NCBI GenBank assembly: GCA_030265395.1
Contig: JARFYF010000104.1
Span: forward strand, 61,869,215 to 61,933,214
Direction: 5' to 3'
DNA length: 64,000 nt
DNA from: Rhina ancylostomus
Lineage: Eukaryota
Position numbers and translations under genes: made by a program. Shown here one piece after another: positions 39,330-50,974 of the stretch. Within the stretch, counting starts at the first letter, position 1; the number at the start of each line of letters is the position of its first letter. The notes under the pieces were generated by a model. It did not search any database. It was not told the origin of the DNA and saw nothing but the letters and a program-made list of their open reading frames with translations.

Positions 39330-40270
39330 ACAAAAACTGTTGACTTCTTTGAAAAGTTTTGGATAATGTAGTGATTGCTATTTCCAGGGGTACAAAACTA
39401 CAATTTAAAGAACTTGCATTTCTGGAGCAAGAGTAGATATTAAGAATTAGTTACCAAAGATCAATAGAGCCAAAGATTTTCCATCCCATTTTACTGAATG
39501 ACATTCCCTCATGGGGCCCACAGATCTAGTGTGTCAATTCAGTAATCGCCCATAAATTTCTAAAAATGTGCTGTGTAATTTATATGAATTTTCCAAAAGC
39601 TTTTGGCAAATTTCATATGAGGGGTGTTTAATTTAAATAGATATCCAAGGTTGAACCCAGAAATGGATTAAAAATACAATTTAAAAGTAAGTAGCCATGA
39701 GCAGCGGAAGAGGTTTTAAATGAAGTTTTACAAGGATTACTGCTTGGACACATCAAACAAGATTTTCTGAATGTGTTCCGTCCAGTTTTGCGTGTATTTG
39801 GAGTGGGCAGAAATGCATATTATTGCTATCCAGTTCTGGTCTGGCAAAAACAAAGGATTTAAAAGTTAAAAGATTTGAAATTCTCCCACATTTTGCAATT
39901 TTGCAAATTGCTAACAGCCATTTCAATCCCTGGGGCAGGCTCCCCATTTCAAGGTGGGAACCTAGCCAGGAGTTCACCAAAATATGATAATGATACTGGA
40001 GTAAGAATATTCATCAGGGTCAGACAGTCTCAAAATCCACCATATAATCTTTGTGTGAATTTTCCAAGAAAATGGTAAGTTTTGCAGTTCTGTTTACTAA
40101 TTTACATTAATGATCTGGATATCAAAACTAAATGTAAACTTGTCAAATAGGCTGACAAGGAAAAAGAAAACATGATGTAACAAAGAAGTTACAAGAGAAT
40201 TTAGAGTAGTTATGCAACTGGGTAGACATTTATGAAATGAAACTTATAATAGCTAAGTGCAAACTTTCCC
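39330..40270 (+). mobile_element. Old CR1-like RT fragments
   Basis: Decayed F.KAF and LIYINDLD..KL.K.AD motifs. Confidence 0.5.
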
Positions 40271-40884
40271 AACAGTTAAAAAGATTCATCATTGGTAATG
40301 ACACCTGATGCATGGCCATTCCATTACTTATGTTTTCTTTGAAATTAAAGCTTGCAGCTTAAAGAAAATTAATATGCAACAAAGTTCAGGTTTTTGAAAG
40401 TCATGCTGTTGTTGTAAAACAGGAAGGTGGTTTGAGTCTGTACTAGCAGGAGCTGCCAGCATTTGCCTTATTTTTGGGCTGCACAATTCAGATTTATATG
40501 AAAAATAAAACTTAAAGGAAAGTCGTGGGCTTATTGGAAGTTGCACCAAGTTCATGATTTTCTTCTGAACCTTTCATGTGTCTGATACTAACATTTCTGG
40601 GCACTACTTATGAGATTTTTGACAATGTATGTTTGGTCTGGGCCCTCCACAAGCATCTCATTAAAAAGGCCTTTGCTACACTTGTAAAGCAGCCTTCATC
40701 CTTAAAGGGAATCTGCCTTAGCAGTTCTCAGCCCTTGGAGGCTGGCACTGAGAACCCACCTGAGGTAAATCCCATTTAATTACAGCAGTTGCACACATCC
40801 CCTTGAACCCCAACTCATCTGCCTACTTAGCTGCAACCCTGATAACCCTTCATCACAGCTCCTAACCTTCACCAAGACACTCAC

Positions 40885-41170
40885 AGGGTCATAGAGTCTT
40901 ACAGCATGGACATAGGCCATTCTACCCATGACATCTATGCCAACCAGTGAGCACCCATCTGTCCTTATCCCATCTTCCAGCTGGCCCACAGCCATCTTTG
41001 CCTAGACAACTTAAGTTCTCATCTTAAATGCTGTTGGTGACACTGATTCCACCACTCTATCAGTACATTCCTGGCACTCACCACTCTTTCACAGAGAGAG
41101 CTATAGAATGGAATCAGGCCTTTCAGCCCATCTTTTTATTTAGGTGAAAAACATCCCCCACAGATCTCTG
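40885..41170 (-). mobile_element. CR1 3' tails (two pieces)
   Basis: catagagtcttacagcatggacataggccattc; caggcctttcagccc. Confidence 0.6.
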
Positions 41171-41200
41171 AATCTCTTACCTTGAAATATCTCATCTATA

Positions 41201-42432
41201 TTGGATGCCATCTCCCTGGCCCTATACTCATCTCTGGAGCATCTAGACAGTAAAGACACTTATGTTAGGTTATTGTTTATTGACTACAGCTCCACCTTCA
41301 ATGCTATAATTCCAAGCAAAGTCATCACCAAACTCCGAGACCTGAGACTCAACACCTCCCTCTGTAAATGGATTCTTACTTTCTGACTAACAGACGGCAA
41401 ATAGTGAGGATAGGCAGAAACACCTCCAGCACGATTATTCCCAACACTGGTACCCACAAGGTTGTGTCCTCAGCCCTCTACTCTACTTTCTATACACTCA
41501 TGACTGCATGGCCAGATTCTGCTCTAACTTCATCTACAAGTTTTCAGATGATACCACCATAGTAGGCCGTATCTCAAATAACAATGAGCCAGAGTACAGG
41601 AAAGAGATAGAGAGCTTAGTGACATGGTGTCATGACAACAACCTTTCCCTCAATGTCAGCAAAACAAAAGAGCTGGTCATTAACTTCAGGAAGGGGGGGC
41701 AGTACACATGCACCTGTCTACATCAATGGTGCTGAGGTCAAGAGGCTTGAGAGCTTCAAGTTCCTGGGAGTGAACATCACCAATAGCTTGTCCTGGTTCA
41801 ACCACGTAGACACAATGGCCAAGAAAGCTCACCAGTGCCCCTCAGGAGGCTAAAGAAATTTTGCATGTCCTGTTTGACACTCACTAATGTTTTATCGATG
41901 CACCATAGAAAGCATCCTATCTGGATGCATCACGGCTTGGTATGGCAACTCCTCTGCCCGAGACCACAAGAAACTGCAGAGACAGCTCAGCGCATCACGG
42001 AAACTAGCCTCCCCTCCAGGTACTCCATCTATACTTCTCGCTGCCTCAGTAAAGCAGCCAGCCTAATCAAAGACCCCACCCAACTGGGGCATTCTCTCTT
42101 CTCCCCTGTTCCATCAGGCAGAAGATACAAAAGCCTGAAAGCATGTACTACCAGGCTCAAGAACAGCTTCTATCCCACTGTTATAAGCCTATTGAATGGT
42201 TCCCTGGTACGATAAGATGAACTCTTGACCTCACAATCTACCTTGTTATGACCTTGGGCCTTATTGTCTACCTATACTGCACTTTTTCTGTAGCTGTGAC
42301 ACTTTACTCTGCATTCTGTATTGTTTTACCTTGTACTCCCTCAGTGCACTGGGTAATGAATTGATCTGTATGAACGGTATGCAAGACAAGTTTTTCACTG
42401 TACCTCGGTACAAGTGACAATAATGAAGCAAG
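41201..42432 (+). mobile_element. Rex1/Babar LINE, RT to 3' end, 5'-truncated and frameshifted
   Basis: [32 protein letters not shown]; YKFSDDTTIVGRISNN.E.EYRKEI..NNLSLNVSKTKELVI; FKFLGVNI; SGRRYKSLKACTTRLKNSFYP. Confidence 0.92.
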
Positions 42433-42567
42433 ACATTATGTAACTATATTCAAGTGCTTCTATTAGCNNNNNNNNNNNNNNNNNNNNNNNNNNNNNNNNN
42501 NNNNNNNNNNNNNNNNNNNNNNNNNNNNNNNNNNNNNNNNNNNNNNNNNNNNNNNNNNNNNNNNNNN

Positions 42568-42812
42568 AACAGTTCCCTTATACAATGAGATGGACTCTTG
42601 ACCTCACAATCTACCTTGTTATGACCTTGCACCTTATTGTCTACATGCAATGTACTTCCCTGTAGTTGTGACACTTTACTCTGTATTCTGTTATTGTTTA
42701 TACCCTGTACTACCTCAAGGTACTGTGTAATGAATTGATCTGTACAAAAGATACACAAGACAAGTTTGTCACTGAACTTCGGTACAAGTGACAATACTAA
42801 ACCAATACCAAT
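42568..42812 (+). mobile_element. Second Rex1/Babar 3' UTR copy after the gap
   Basis: Homologous but not identical to 42195-42432. Confidence 0.85.
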
Positions 42813-42879
42813 CTATTTTTATTCACCAATAATAGGGGTAAAAATTCACTGCAGTCTCTCCTTCCCATCCCAAAGATAA

Positions 42880-43235
42880 ATCTGCCAACCCAATTCCCAA
42901 ACAAGTAATCCGCCCCCTCCCCACCAATCCAAGGTCGTTGTGTCTTACCTCCATCCCTCCACCCTCCTCCTTCCCCAACTCCTATCTTCGTTATTCTGTC
43001 TTGATCCTTTCTCTTCTGTTCCTAATCTAAGCCTACCCTTCTGGTCTTAGCCGAACAGCTTACTTGTCCAATCTCAGGCCAGACCCTACATTTCCAATCC
43101 TAAGCCGAAATCCTCTATCCTAGTCTGACAACCCATCTGATCCCAGCCAATTGTTTACTTTTCCAACCCCAGACGAACAACCATCCTTCCATTCCCTGAT
43201 CACCACTTGCAACCTTGCCACTCAGTCCCAGCCTC
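42880..43235. repeat. C-rich degenerate minisatellite-like tract
   Basis: Recurring cttagccgaac / tcctaagccgaaa / tcctagtctgac / tcccagccaa / ccccagacgaac every 20-30 bp. Confidence 0.4.
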
Positions 43236-43807
43236 ATCTGATGTCCTCTGCATGTAAAGTCTCTTCAGTAGGAAACGTCTTGGGCCTCGCATGTTACTGA
43301 GATTCACAGTGGCAAACCTTGTAACAACACGGTCTTTGGCCTGCTGTGCACTAACTTTTCAATGTATCTACATACTGTAGATGTCATTCATTTTCTAGCC
43401 TGTTTTCTACAATATTATAATCATCTACAATCTGTGTTACAACTGCCTGAACTGACATTTACATTGAGCTTCTGTATCATATTAAAGTGTTCCAAATACC
43501 CCTCTGATTTTGTACCTTCTGTAATAGTGACATCTGGTGATTGATATATGATGGAGCAGAGAGTGGGGGACATTGATCCTGTATGAGAAACAAGTTGAGC
43601 TGCGCAGAAGGAAAATCCACCGCACTTGGATTAACTGGGATTCACATTTACTGTCTGGCAAAAATAATCTACTGCAATGTGTTGCTTGTCTCTTTTGCGG
43701 GATAGCCAAGAACATTAAAATTTCATTTGCCTATTCTCAATCGAATTTCATTGATAAACTGTGAAATCCTATTAAGGTAAAATCTCTTTCACCTGAAAAG
43801 AAAACAT

Positions 43808-43960
43808 AGAAATATTAGGAAATAAGAGTAGGAGCCGGCCATTCGCCACTTTGGGCCTGGGCCACCATTTAACATGATAATGGCTGAAGTGCCACTTCAA
43901 TATCCTGTTTTCACCTTCCCTGCACATCATTTGACCCCCATTGCAGTAAGTAACCAAAGC
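43808..43960 (-). mobile_element. CR1 3' tail
   Basis: ggagccggccattcgcc..gccaccatttaacatgataatggctga. Confidence 0.6.
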
Positions 43961-44003
43961 TTAAGATCACCACTTTTAAGGCTATCTGGGACTTATGAAT
44001 AAA

Positions 44004-44366
44004 TGGGCAGCATAGAAGTGCCACTAGTAGAGCTGCTGCCTCGCAGCTCCTACAACCTGGGCCCAGTCCTGACCTTGAGTGCTGTCTGTGTGGAGTTTCG
44101 ACATTCTCCCCGCAAATGTGTGGGTTTCCTCCAGCTGCTCCAGTTTCCTCCTTCATCCCAATGACATGCAGGTTGATAAGTTAATTGGCCACTCTAAATT
44201 GCCCCTGGTGTGTCAATGAATGGTAGAATCTAGCAGCAGTTGAAGAGAATGTGTAAAGAATAAATCATGGGATTAATGTCGGATCAGTGTAAAATGGGTA
44301 ATTGACGGTCAGTGCAGACTCAATGGGCCAAAAGGCCTGTTTCCATGCTGTATCTCTCAATGACTT
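44004..44366 (+). mobile_element. Full-length V-SINE/HE1-like SINE
   Basis: tRNA-like head, V-domain ctgtgtggagttt..gtgggtttcctccagctgctccagtttcctcc, CR1-like tail ggccaaaaggcctgtttccatgctgta. Confidence 0.88.
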
Positions 44367-44369
44367 GAA

Positions 44370-45250
44370 GTAATCTAAGCTGCTATGTATCAAATGACCA
44401 GGTATAAAATCCCATCTGATTGAAGTACTTGAACTAGATGTTATCTGAATAGCATTGACAAAGCATGGAAGGTTAGTTTGTGACTAGCCCACCATCTGGC
44501 AGCAGAGTTGATTGTGGATAGAGCTGGAACAGCCAGTGAGACCAATCTATTTTCAGGCTGTAAGTTGAGAAGAGCAATGACCACTCCTCAGTCAAACAAA
44601 CAATGGTTTTCATTGAATACGTCAACTCATTTGAGATGAAAGAGGAGTTTTTTATTTTGCAATTTTACACCAAGAAAAGCCATTTTAGAACTTTACATGA
44701 TAGATTGAAAAATTATTGCATCCAGTTCATCGTAGTTGAGATATCCATAGATGAGACAAATGCCATGACAAGGTAGCAGTGCAATTAATGCTTGGGTGGA
44801 TAGCACATTTCATCATATGGTATATGTTCCCATCATTGTTTACGGATTGTGGAGCTAGTCATAAAGATTTCACTGAAGCAGCTATCAGGTGTAGTGATTG
44901 CTGTCTCAAGGTGAAAAACTACATAAAAGTTTGATCATCAAACTTATGCCACTTCCTCATGCCCTGAGGAACTATGGGGTTGTTGTTCTGGTGAGTAAGC
45001 ATTACACAGAAGTTAGATGGGTGTAAAGCTTTGGCAAGGTCCTATAATGTCTGAGGAGAGAAACGTGTTTTTGATCAACACTGAATTACCACTTCATCAT
45101 TTCTTCTATGATAGCCTCCAGGGTTTACTGGACTATTTGTCCTATATAAGTGACAGGCTCAATGAAATTTAATAATTTTTTCCAATGAACTGTAATATTT
45201 TCATCCTGCTTGAATAATTACACACTGCCAAAAGACTTCAGCTATGAAGC
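44370..45250 (+). pseudogene. hAT (Charlie-group) transposase relic
   Basis: SNDHSSVKQTMVFIEYVNSFEMKEEFF, ISIDETNAMT, KVKNYIK, YTEVRWV*SFGKVL, LDYLSYISDRLNE in the order of DESTD..QL.VF.RY..EEFLF, TDGA.AM, VN.IK, HTEVRWLSRGKVL, LAYL.DIF..LN. Confidence 0.75.
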
Positions 45251-45477
45251 AACAATGTACAACAATTCAATGTAACCATGTTCTTAACATTATTTTCCAT
45301 TACTGTGGGTTATGAAATGTCCACCTAAGAAGTATAATTTTGGAGCATTTGCATCCATTTTACTCAAAATCCTGACGTTTTTGTCCAAGAGGCAAATGAC
45401 TTGCAAGAGTTCACCTGTATGTGAAATTCATTTTCAGGTGATGATGTATGAAAGGGCAAGGTTCTAACAAGTTCATT

Positions 45478-45665
45478 ATTAATAACATTTATTTTTATAA
45501 TGTGGTTAAATCTTCCCAAAGTGTTTCAGAGGATATCAAAAAGAAAAATATGACACCAGGATGCAAAGGCCCATTCATTAAAATACTTGGTCAAAACAGG
45601 TGGGAAGGTGGAGATGCTTGCAGAGTGTAATGATATACACTCTGAGTGGTGGGCCCAAGGAAATA
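45478..45665 (-). mobile_element. L2-like 3' tail
   Basis: catttatttttataatg..cccaaagtgtttcagagg..ttggtcaaaacaggtggg. Confidence 0.45.
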
Positions 45666-45689
45666 CTGAAAAACAAAGATACAGGATGC

Positions 45690-46524
45690 TAAAAGCCAGC
45701 AGTACAGACAGATAAGGTGATTAAGAATGTATTTTGTACACTTGTCTTAATCAGCCAGGGCATAGAATATAAGAACAAAGAAAATATAGTACAATGATAT
45801 AAAACAGCTGGAGCATTGTGTGCAATCCTGGTTGCCTCTCTGTAGGAAAGATATGAGTGCTGCTACTGCTGTTACTGCACAGTTCCATCTCCTCAGGTTC
45901 AACCCTGGTCATAGATGCTGACTATGTAGGGTTTTCTCATTTTCCCTGTGACCTCCTGCATTTCTTCCAGCACTTTGATTTCTTCCCATATCCCAAAGGT
46001 TAATTGGCTCCAGTAAGTTAACCTTAAATGTTGGAAGGTAGCAGTTGAAACAGGGTAGAGTTGATAATCTTGTGAGAGGGAATAGATTGTAGGGAAATAA
46101 ATGAGGGAATGGTACTGATGAGATTGCTGTGGGACCTAGCATAGGCTCGATAGGCTGGATAGCCTCCTTGTATGTCATTTGTCCTTCTATGTCATTCTAT
46201 GTTAATAGAATTTTAAAAAATGAGATTCACCTGGATGTTATCTTTGCTGGAGCATTTAAACTATGGGGAGAGATTGGATAGTCCAGGGCTTTTTTTGGAG
46301 CAGAGAAAGCAGAAGGGTGACTTGATAGAGGTGTACAAACATTAGTGAGAAACTTGTCCCTGAGCAGAGAAGTCTATAACCAGCAGGCATAAGTTCAAGG
46401 TAAGGGGTAGGACTTTTAGAGGAGACTCGAGGAAGAATTTTCTCACCCAAAGGGGTAGTTGAAGTCGGGGATGTACTGCTGGAGGAGTGGTGGAAGCAGG
46501 TGTTCTCTCCACGTTCAAGTCACA
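45690..46524 (+). mobile_element. CR1 3' portion interrupted by a SINE
   Basis: LEHCVQSWLP.CRKD [insertion] RFTWML..YGERLD..RRVT/DLIEVYK..FKVRG. Confidence 0.75.
45860..46180 (+). mobile_element. Diverged V-SINE-like SINE
   Basis: ggttcaaccctgg..gctgactatgtaggg..ttccctgtgacc..ggttaattggc..ggctggatagcctcc. Confidence 0.65.
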
Positions 46525-46797
46525 CATTTACATTGAAACACACCGTGAAATGTATCTTTTGCATAGAGTGTTCTAGGGGCAGCCCACAAGTGTCACCACA
46601 CTTCTGGCACCCACATGGCATGCACACAGCTTCCTAACCTGTACGTCTTTGGAACGTGGGAGGAAACCGGAACACCAGGAGGAAACCCACGCAGACACGG
46701 GGAGAACGTACAAACTCCTTACAGACAGCAGCGGGAATTGAACCCAGGTTGCTGGCACTGTAATAGCGTTACACTAACCGCTACACTACCATGCCTG
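46525..46797 (-). mobile_element. V-SINE-like SINE with Rex1/Babar-like tail
   Basis: Head ggcatggtagtgtagcggttag..gggttcaattccc; V-domain; tail shared with 21189. Confidence 0.85.
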
Positions 46798-46975
46798 CTA
46801 GACAGGCTTATAAGTAGTATTCTGGTAGCTTTATAGCCACCATGCTAATGCCTACTTTTTATACAAATTTTATTCAATTACCAGGATGTAAGTTCCCAAG
46901 TTGCTATCATAGGATTTGAACTTGTATTTATCAATCAATCATAACAGCCTCTGGAACTAGTCTAATACCTTAACC

Positions 46976-47097
46976 ACTGTGCTTAATAATCACAATTGTT
47001 AATAATCACAAGATTATTAACTCTACCCTGTTTCAAACTGTGCTTAATAATCACAATTGTTAATAATCACAAGATTATTAACTCTACCCTGTTTCAA
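46976..47097. repeat. Two 61-bp tandem copies, each with an internal ttaataatcacaa doublet
   Basis: 46976-47036 equals 47037-47097. Confidence 0.9.
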
Positions 47098-47266
47098 CTG
47101 CTACCTTCCAACATTTAAGGGTAACTTACCGGAGCTAATTAACCTTTGGGATATGGGAAGAAATCAAAGTGCTGGAAGAAATGCAGGAGGTCACAGGGAA
47201 AATGAGAAAACCCTACATAGTCAGCATCTATGACCAGGGTTGAACCTGAGGAGATGGAACTGTGCA
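47067..47266 (-). repeat. 200-bp inverted duplicate of 45876-46075
   Basis: Reverse complement aligns without gaps; 4 mismatches counted by eye. Confidence 0.92.
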
Positions 47267-50200
47267 TACTCCTTGTGAACAGCAGAGCTGCTGCTTTCCC
47301 AGATTAAGGTGTTATGTAAAGATCTCTTGTTAATAGCTTAAAGGCCTGAAAGTTCATATCTCCGTATGTTGACCAAGAAAATAAAATCCTATTGTTCCAT
47401 GTACAAATACTGTTTCTTATATAAAAAAGGAACATGCATGGAGTGTAAATCTCCAGTGGAGTTCAACAGAAAATTGATTGGAAAGGTCAGGTCTTGAAAG
47501 ACAACTGGTAAGTTGAGATCTCACTCAGACGTAAAATATTAAACGGTAAAAACCAAATAGTCTCAGGGTATTACTTCAAAATAAGCTGGGATAGGCAGAC
47601 AAAAAACCAAGTTAAATTGTTCAAAACTAAATTTAAAGCAATTGGTAAAATGTCTTGAAGTGTGAAGTGAATAGTATTTGGAATAATGTACAGGCATAAT
47701 TATAGTAATAAACACATCACCAGCATTCAAAACGTTATAATGGCTGAACTAGGATACTAACCGATCATGTTTGCTGCATGTAAACAGTATTCCAAGTCCA
47801 CAAGACTTTACAGTTCCACAGTTTTATTACACAAAATCTTTTCCTCTCTTGTTTCCACATGCCTTCTTCTCTCAGCTCCTCAGGGTATTAAGTTATAACT
47901 TGGGTACAGTTCACTTGGAAAAGTAACCATTTATTGTGTTTTAGCTTGGAACAGCACTGTAGAATCTAAACCAGCCAAAAACCTCCTCACCTGATGTTTG
48001 CAAACATGCATTTTTAGCAGTACAATTGGAAAGCAATTAGCAACTTTGCCAATTTCCTCTTCATTATCCTTAGGGGCAGAGATCGACCGAGATCAAGTAC
48101 CTCAGATCATGGCCTGAATGTTATTGATTTGTGCTACCTCTTACCAACTGAAATATCAGAAACCTTCTGATATTTTTGTCTTGATCATGTCAATTTCACA
48201 CAAAATAACACAGTTGAAACAGAAATTCGAACTGTAAGCTTTGAAACAGATAGCAAGGAAATTTAAAAACCTCTATCTGCTGGTTTACTGAAGTCATTTG
48301 AAATAAATAACAGCGAAAGCAATTTCGGACAAATGCATTATGCTTAAATTTTCTTATATCCCATGGTACAATTTCAGGATCTCAGATCATTTTGATAATG
48401 AAAATCTTTCAAAGAAGATATTCAGTTTGATTTTGGGTTTGAAGTTATAAAAGTATTTTTGTAAATTTATGCTTTCAGTGTGGAGCTTTGCCCATCAAGA
48501 GCACATTTGTGAAATTATTGTTCACAGTTAGGATTAACCAGAATGAATGATTTATACAGACCTGTCAGTGATATATTAATTATCTCATTAAAATTAAACC
48601 TAAAAGTAGTCCATGTTCACTTTTTTTGGACCGGTATAAAATATTTTGCTTGTCAAACTTTCAAGTTTTGGCTAAGAATATTTCAGTTTGCCTGCGAGAG
48701 AAAGTATGCTAATAGAAAGGCCTTAATGCATTTTGCAAGTAGTATTAGTGTGAACATACCATTCAGTCATGGTTTAACAGAATAATACAGCGGTTAATGC
48801 AGTCTTTCTTAGAAGCAATAGCAAAGATAATTGAGCTTAATAACTACCCTACTGTTGTCAAGATAAGTGACAAAGAGACATTGAATGGTTTACCATTGTG
48901 TAGCTTCATGCAGTTCAATAGATTTACACAATGAAGTGGGTGCCAAAGAATTTCAAGCGTCCAATACATTTTTGTGATTGTTCCTCCTGTCTATTAAAAA
49001 TTTGAGAACGCGAAGAACACCAGTAACTGCATACAGGTGCTTACCATTTGTGTGAAAGTTTTACATAAATTTTCTTTAGAATTGACACAAAAATAATACC
49101 CATAATATTATATTCTTAATTGGCAGCCCTTGTAATATTATTTTCTGAGTAATAATAGATTTCAATTAAATATAAATTACTATTTCAGCATTTGTCTGTG
49201 ATTTCCAAATTTCCCTTCAATTTTCAAATAAAAATACCCTTGACAGATCCAATCATAAAAAGTAATGCTATGGGAAAAATTGTCTCATCTGTGGGGCCAG
49301 ATCGTAACCATCTTGATCTTAAAAGTGATCATTTTATAATCAACTGATGAGATGCAGGAAAATGTTGAACCTTTGCAAAGATACCAGGGTTTGTATTAAA
49401 AAGGAGATAGTTTGGAACATTCTGGAAAAGTTTCACTTTGCAGACTAGAAGAAAATCTAGCTGTAAGGACAGTAAATAATTCATGTCTGTGATGACGTCC
49501 TGGTAGTGAAATGAAAAAAATAGGCAACATTGTCTTATGTTTCTGCCTCCTTCTTTATACCTGATCCACCTGGTATAGGAAAATGTGCCTTGGGGAATAC
49601 CTTGAGGGAACAGTGAAGGAGGTTAATATTGTTTAGACCAGTGGTAAAGAAATGTTGCTAATTACCAAGGGCGGTGACTTAACTTTTACCAGCATTCAAT
49701 GAAAAGAGATTATGTCTCAGCCAGAACCTAATGTCAGATGTATAGTTGGAAATGATGAAAACTCTGATGGCAGGTAGAGAGGTGAAACTAGGTGCCATCA
49801 TTGTACAAGTTAAACACACACTGCAGATCATTTTGTCATTGAGATTATGTAAATTTTGAAGGAAAGGGACTGAACACAGAGTTTAGCTGTAAACCCAATG
49901 TGAGGCCAAAGGTACAGAAGAGAGATTTTTGAAGGATACAATACATAGTAATGTTGTAGCAATAAGTAGAGCTGGAGACACTGGATTTGTGTTCAGGCAT
50001 TGCAGAAGATAATATTTTGGAGAATAACAGAATGGTTGATATGACCTGGCATTTTAAGAAGGCAGTCAGGAGAAAAGGTAACAATTGATACTAATTCACA
50101 AAACTATTCAAGCAAGATTCATGGGGTTATTGCCCACATAGAGCACGTAGTTAATGGAAGTAAAATATCTAATTTCAATTCAAGGCTTATTTCTAAAGTA

Positions 50201-50974
50201 GATTTTGATATTTCATTTGATCCCAATTAGTATAATGGAAAGAACTTCCTCCTTCATTGGTACTGCTAAGCATGCATGGACAGCAGTGTTTGTACATAGT
50301 ATTCCACTTCCAAAATGTTTTCTATTAAACTTAATGGAGTCAAATTTTGGAGTACAACCTGTAGCAATCGTTTGACAAAAGTGGATGAGAATAAATATGT
50401 TTGAAATCAGTTAATTAAGACTCACATCACATCCAAATATGCTTGTCTGTTTGTCAAAATGAATGATGGATTTTCACACATTGTTCAACTTGTTTACAAC
50501 TTCATATTGTGAATAAAGTGTGAGAGGAATGTTGCAATCATTACACACACATTCAATTATTTGTAGCTTTTTTTGTAGGTTTTCATGCCCTGGCCTGGTA
50601 CATTGATTTACCTGAATTCCATAGTGATTTTAGATATATTTTGGTCTGTATTGGTAAACTTTTTTATCATTATCTTTACATATAGGACAAAATAAAACTT
50701 TTACTGATGGACAAATGTAGCTGCCTTTGTTTCAAGATGTATCCCTGGTAACACAAAGAAATAGCCCACTGAATATGACAGTTTTGTGCGGATTAGAAGG
50801 AAGGTAGTGACATAAGAAAATATGAGAAATCACAAAGAATCAAGTACACAATATTGATTATACCACCAATAGCGTTAATACAATGTCTCACTATACATCA
50901 CTATGGATTGGTAATTTTTCCTATCAGAATGAGGTCAGTACAAACAATACCATTACAATGCACCAGGCTACTTT

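Noticed and set aside
46976-47097. Possible CRISPR-like repeat
   Set aside because: Eukaryotic context, only two units, no unique spacers and no cas genes.
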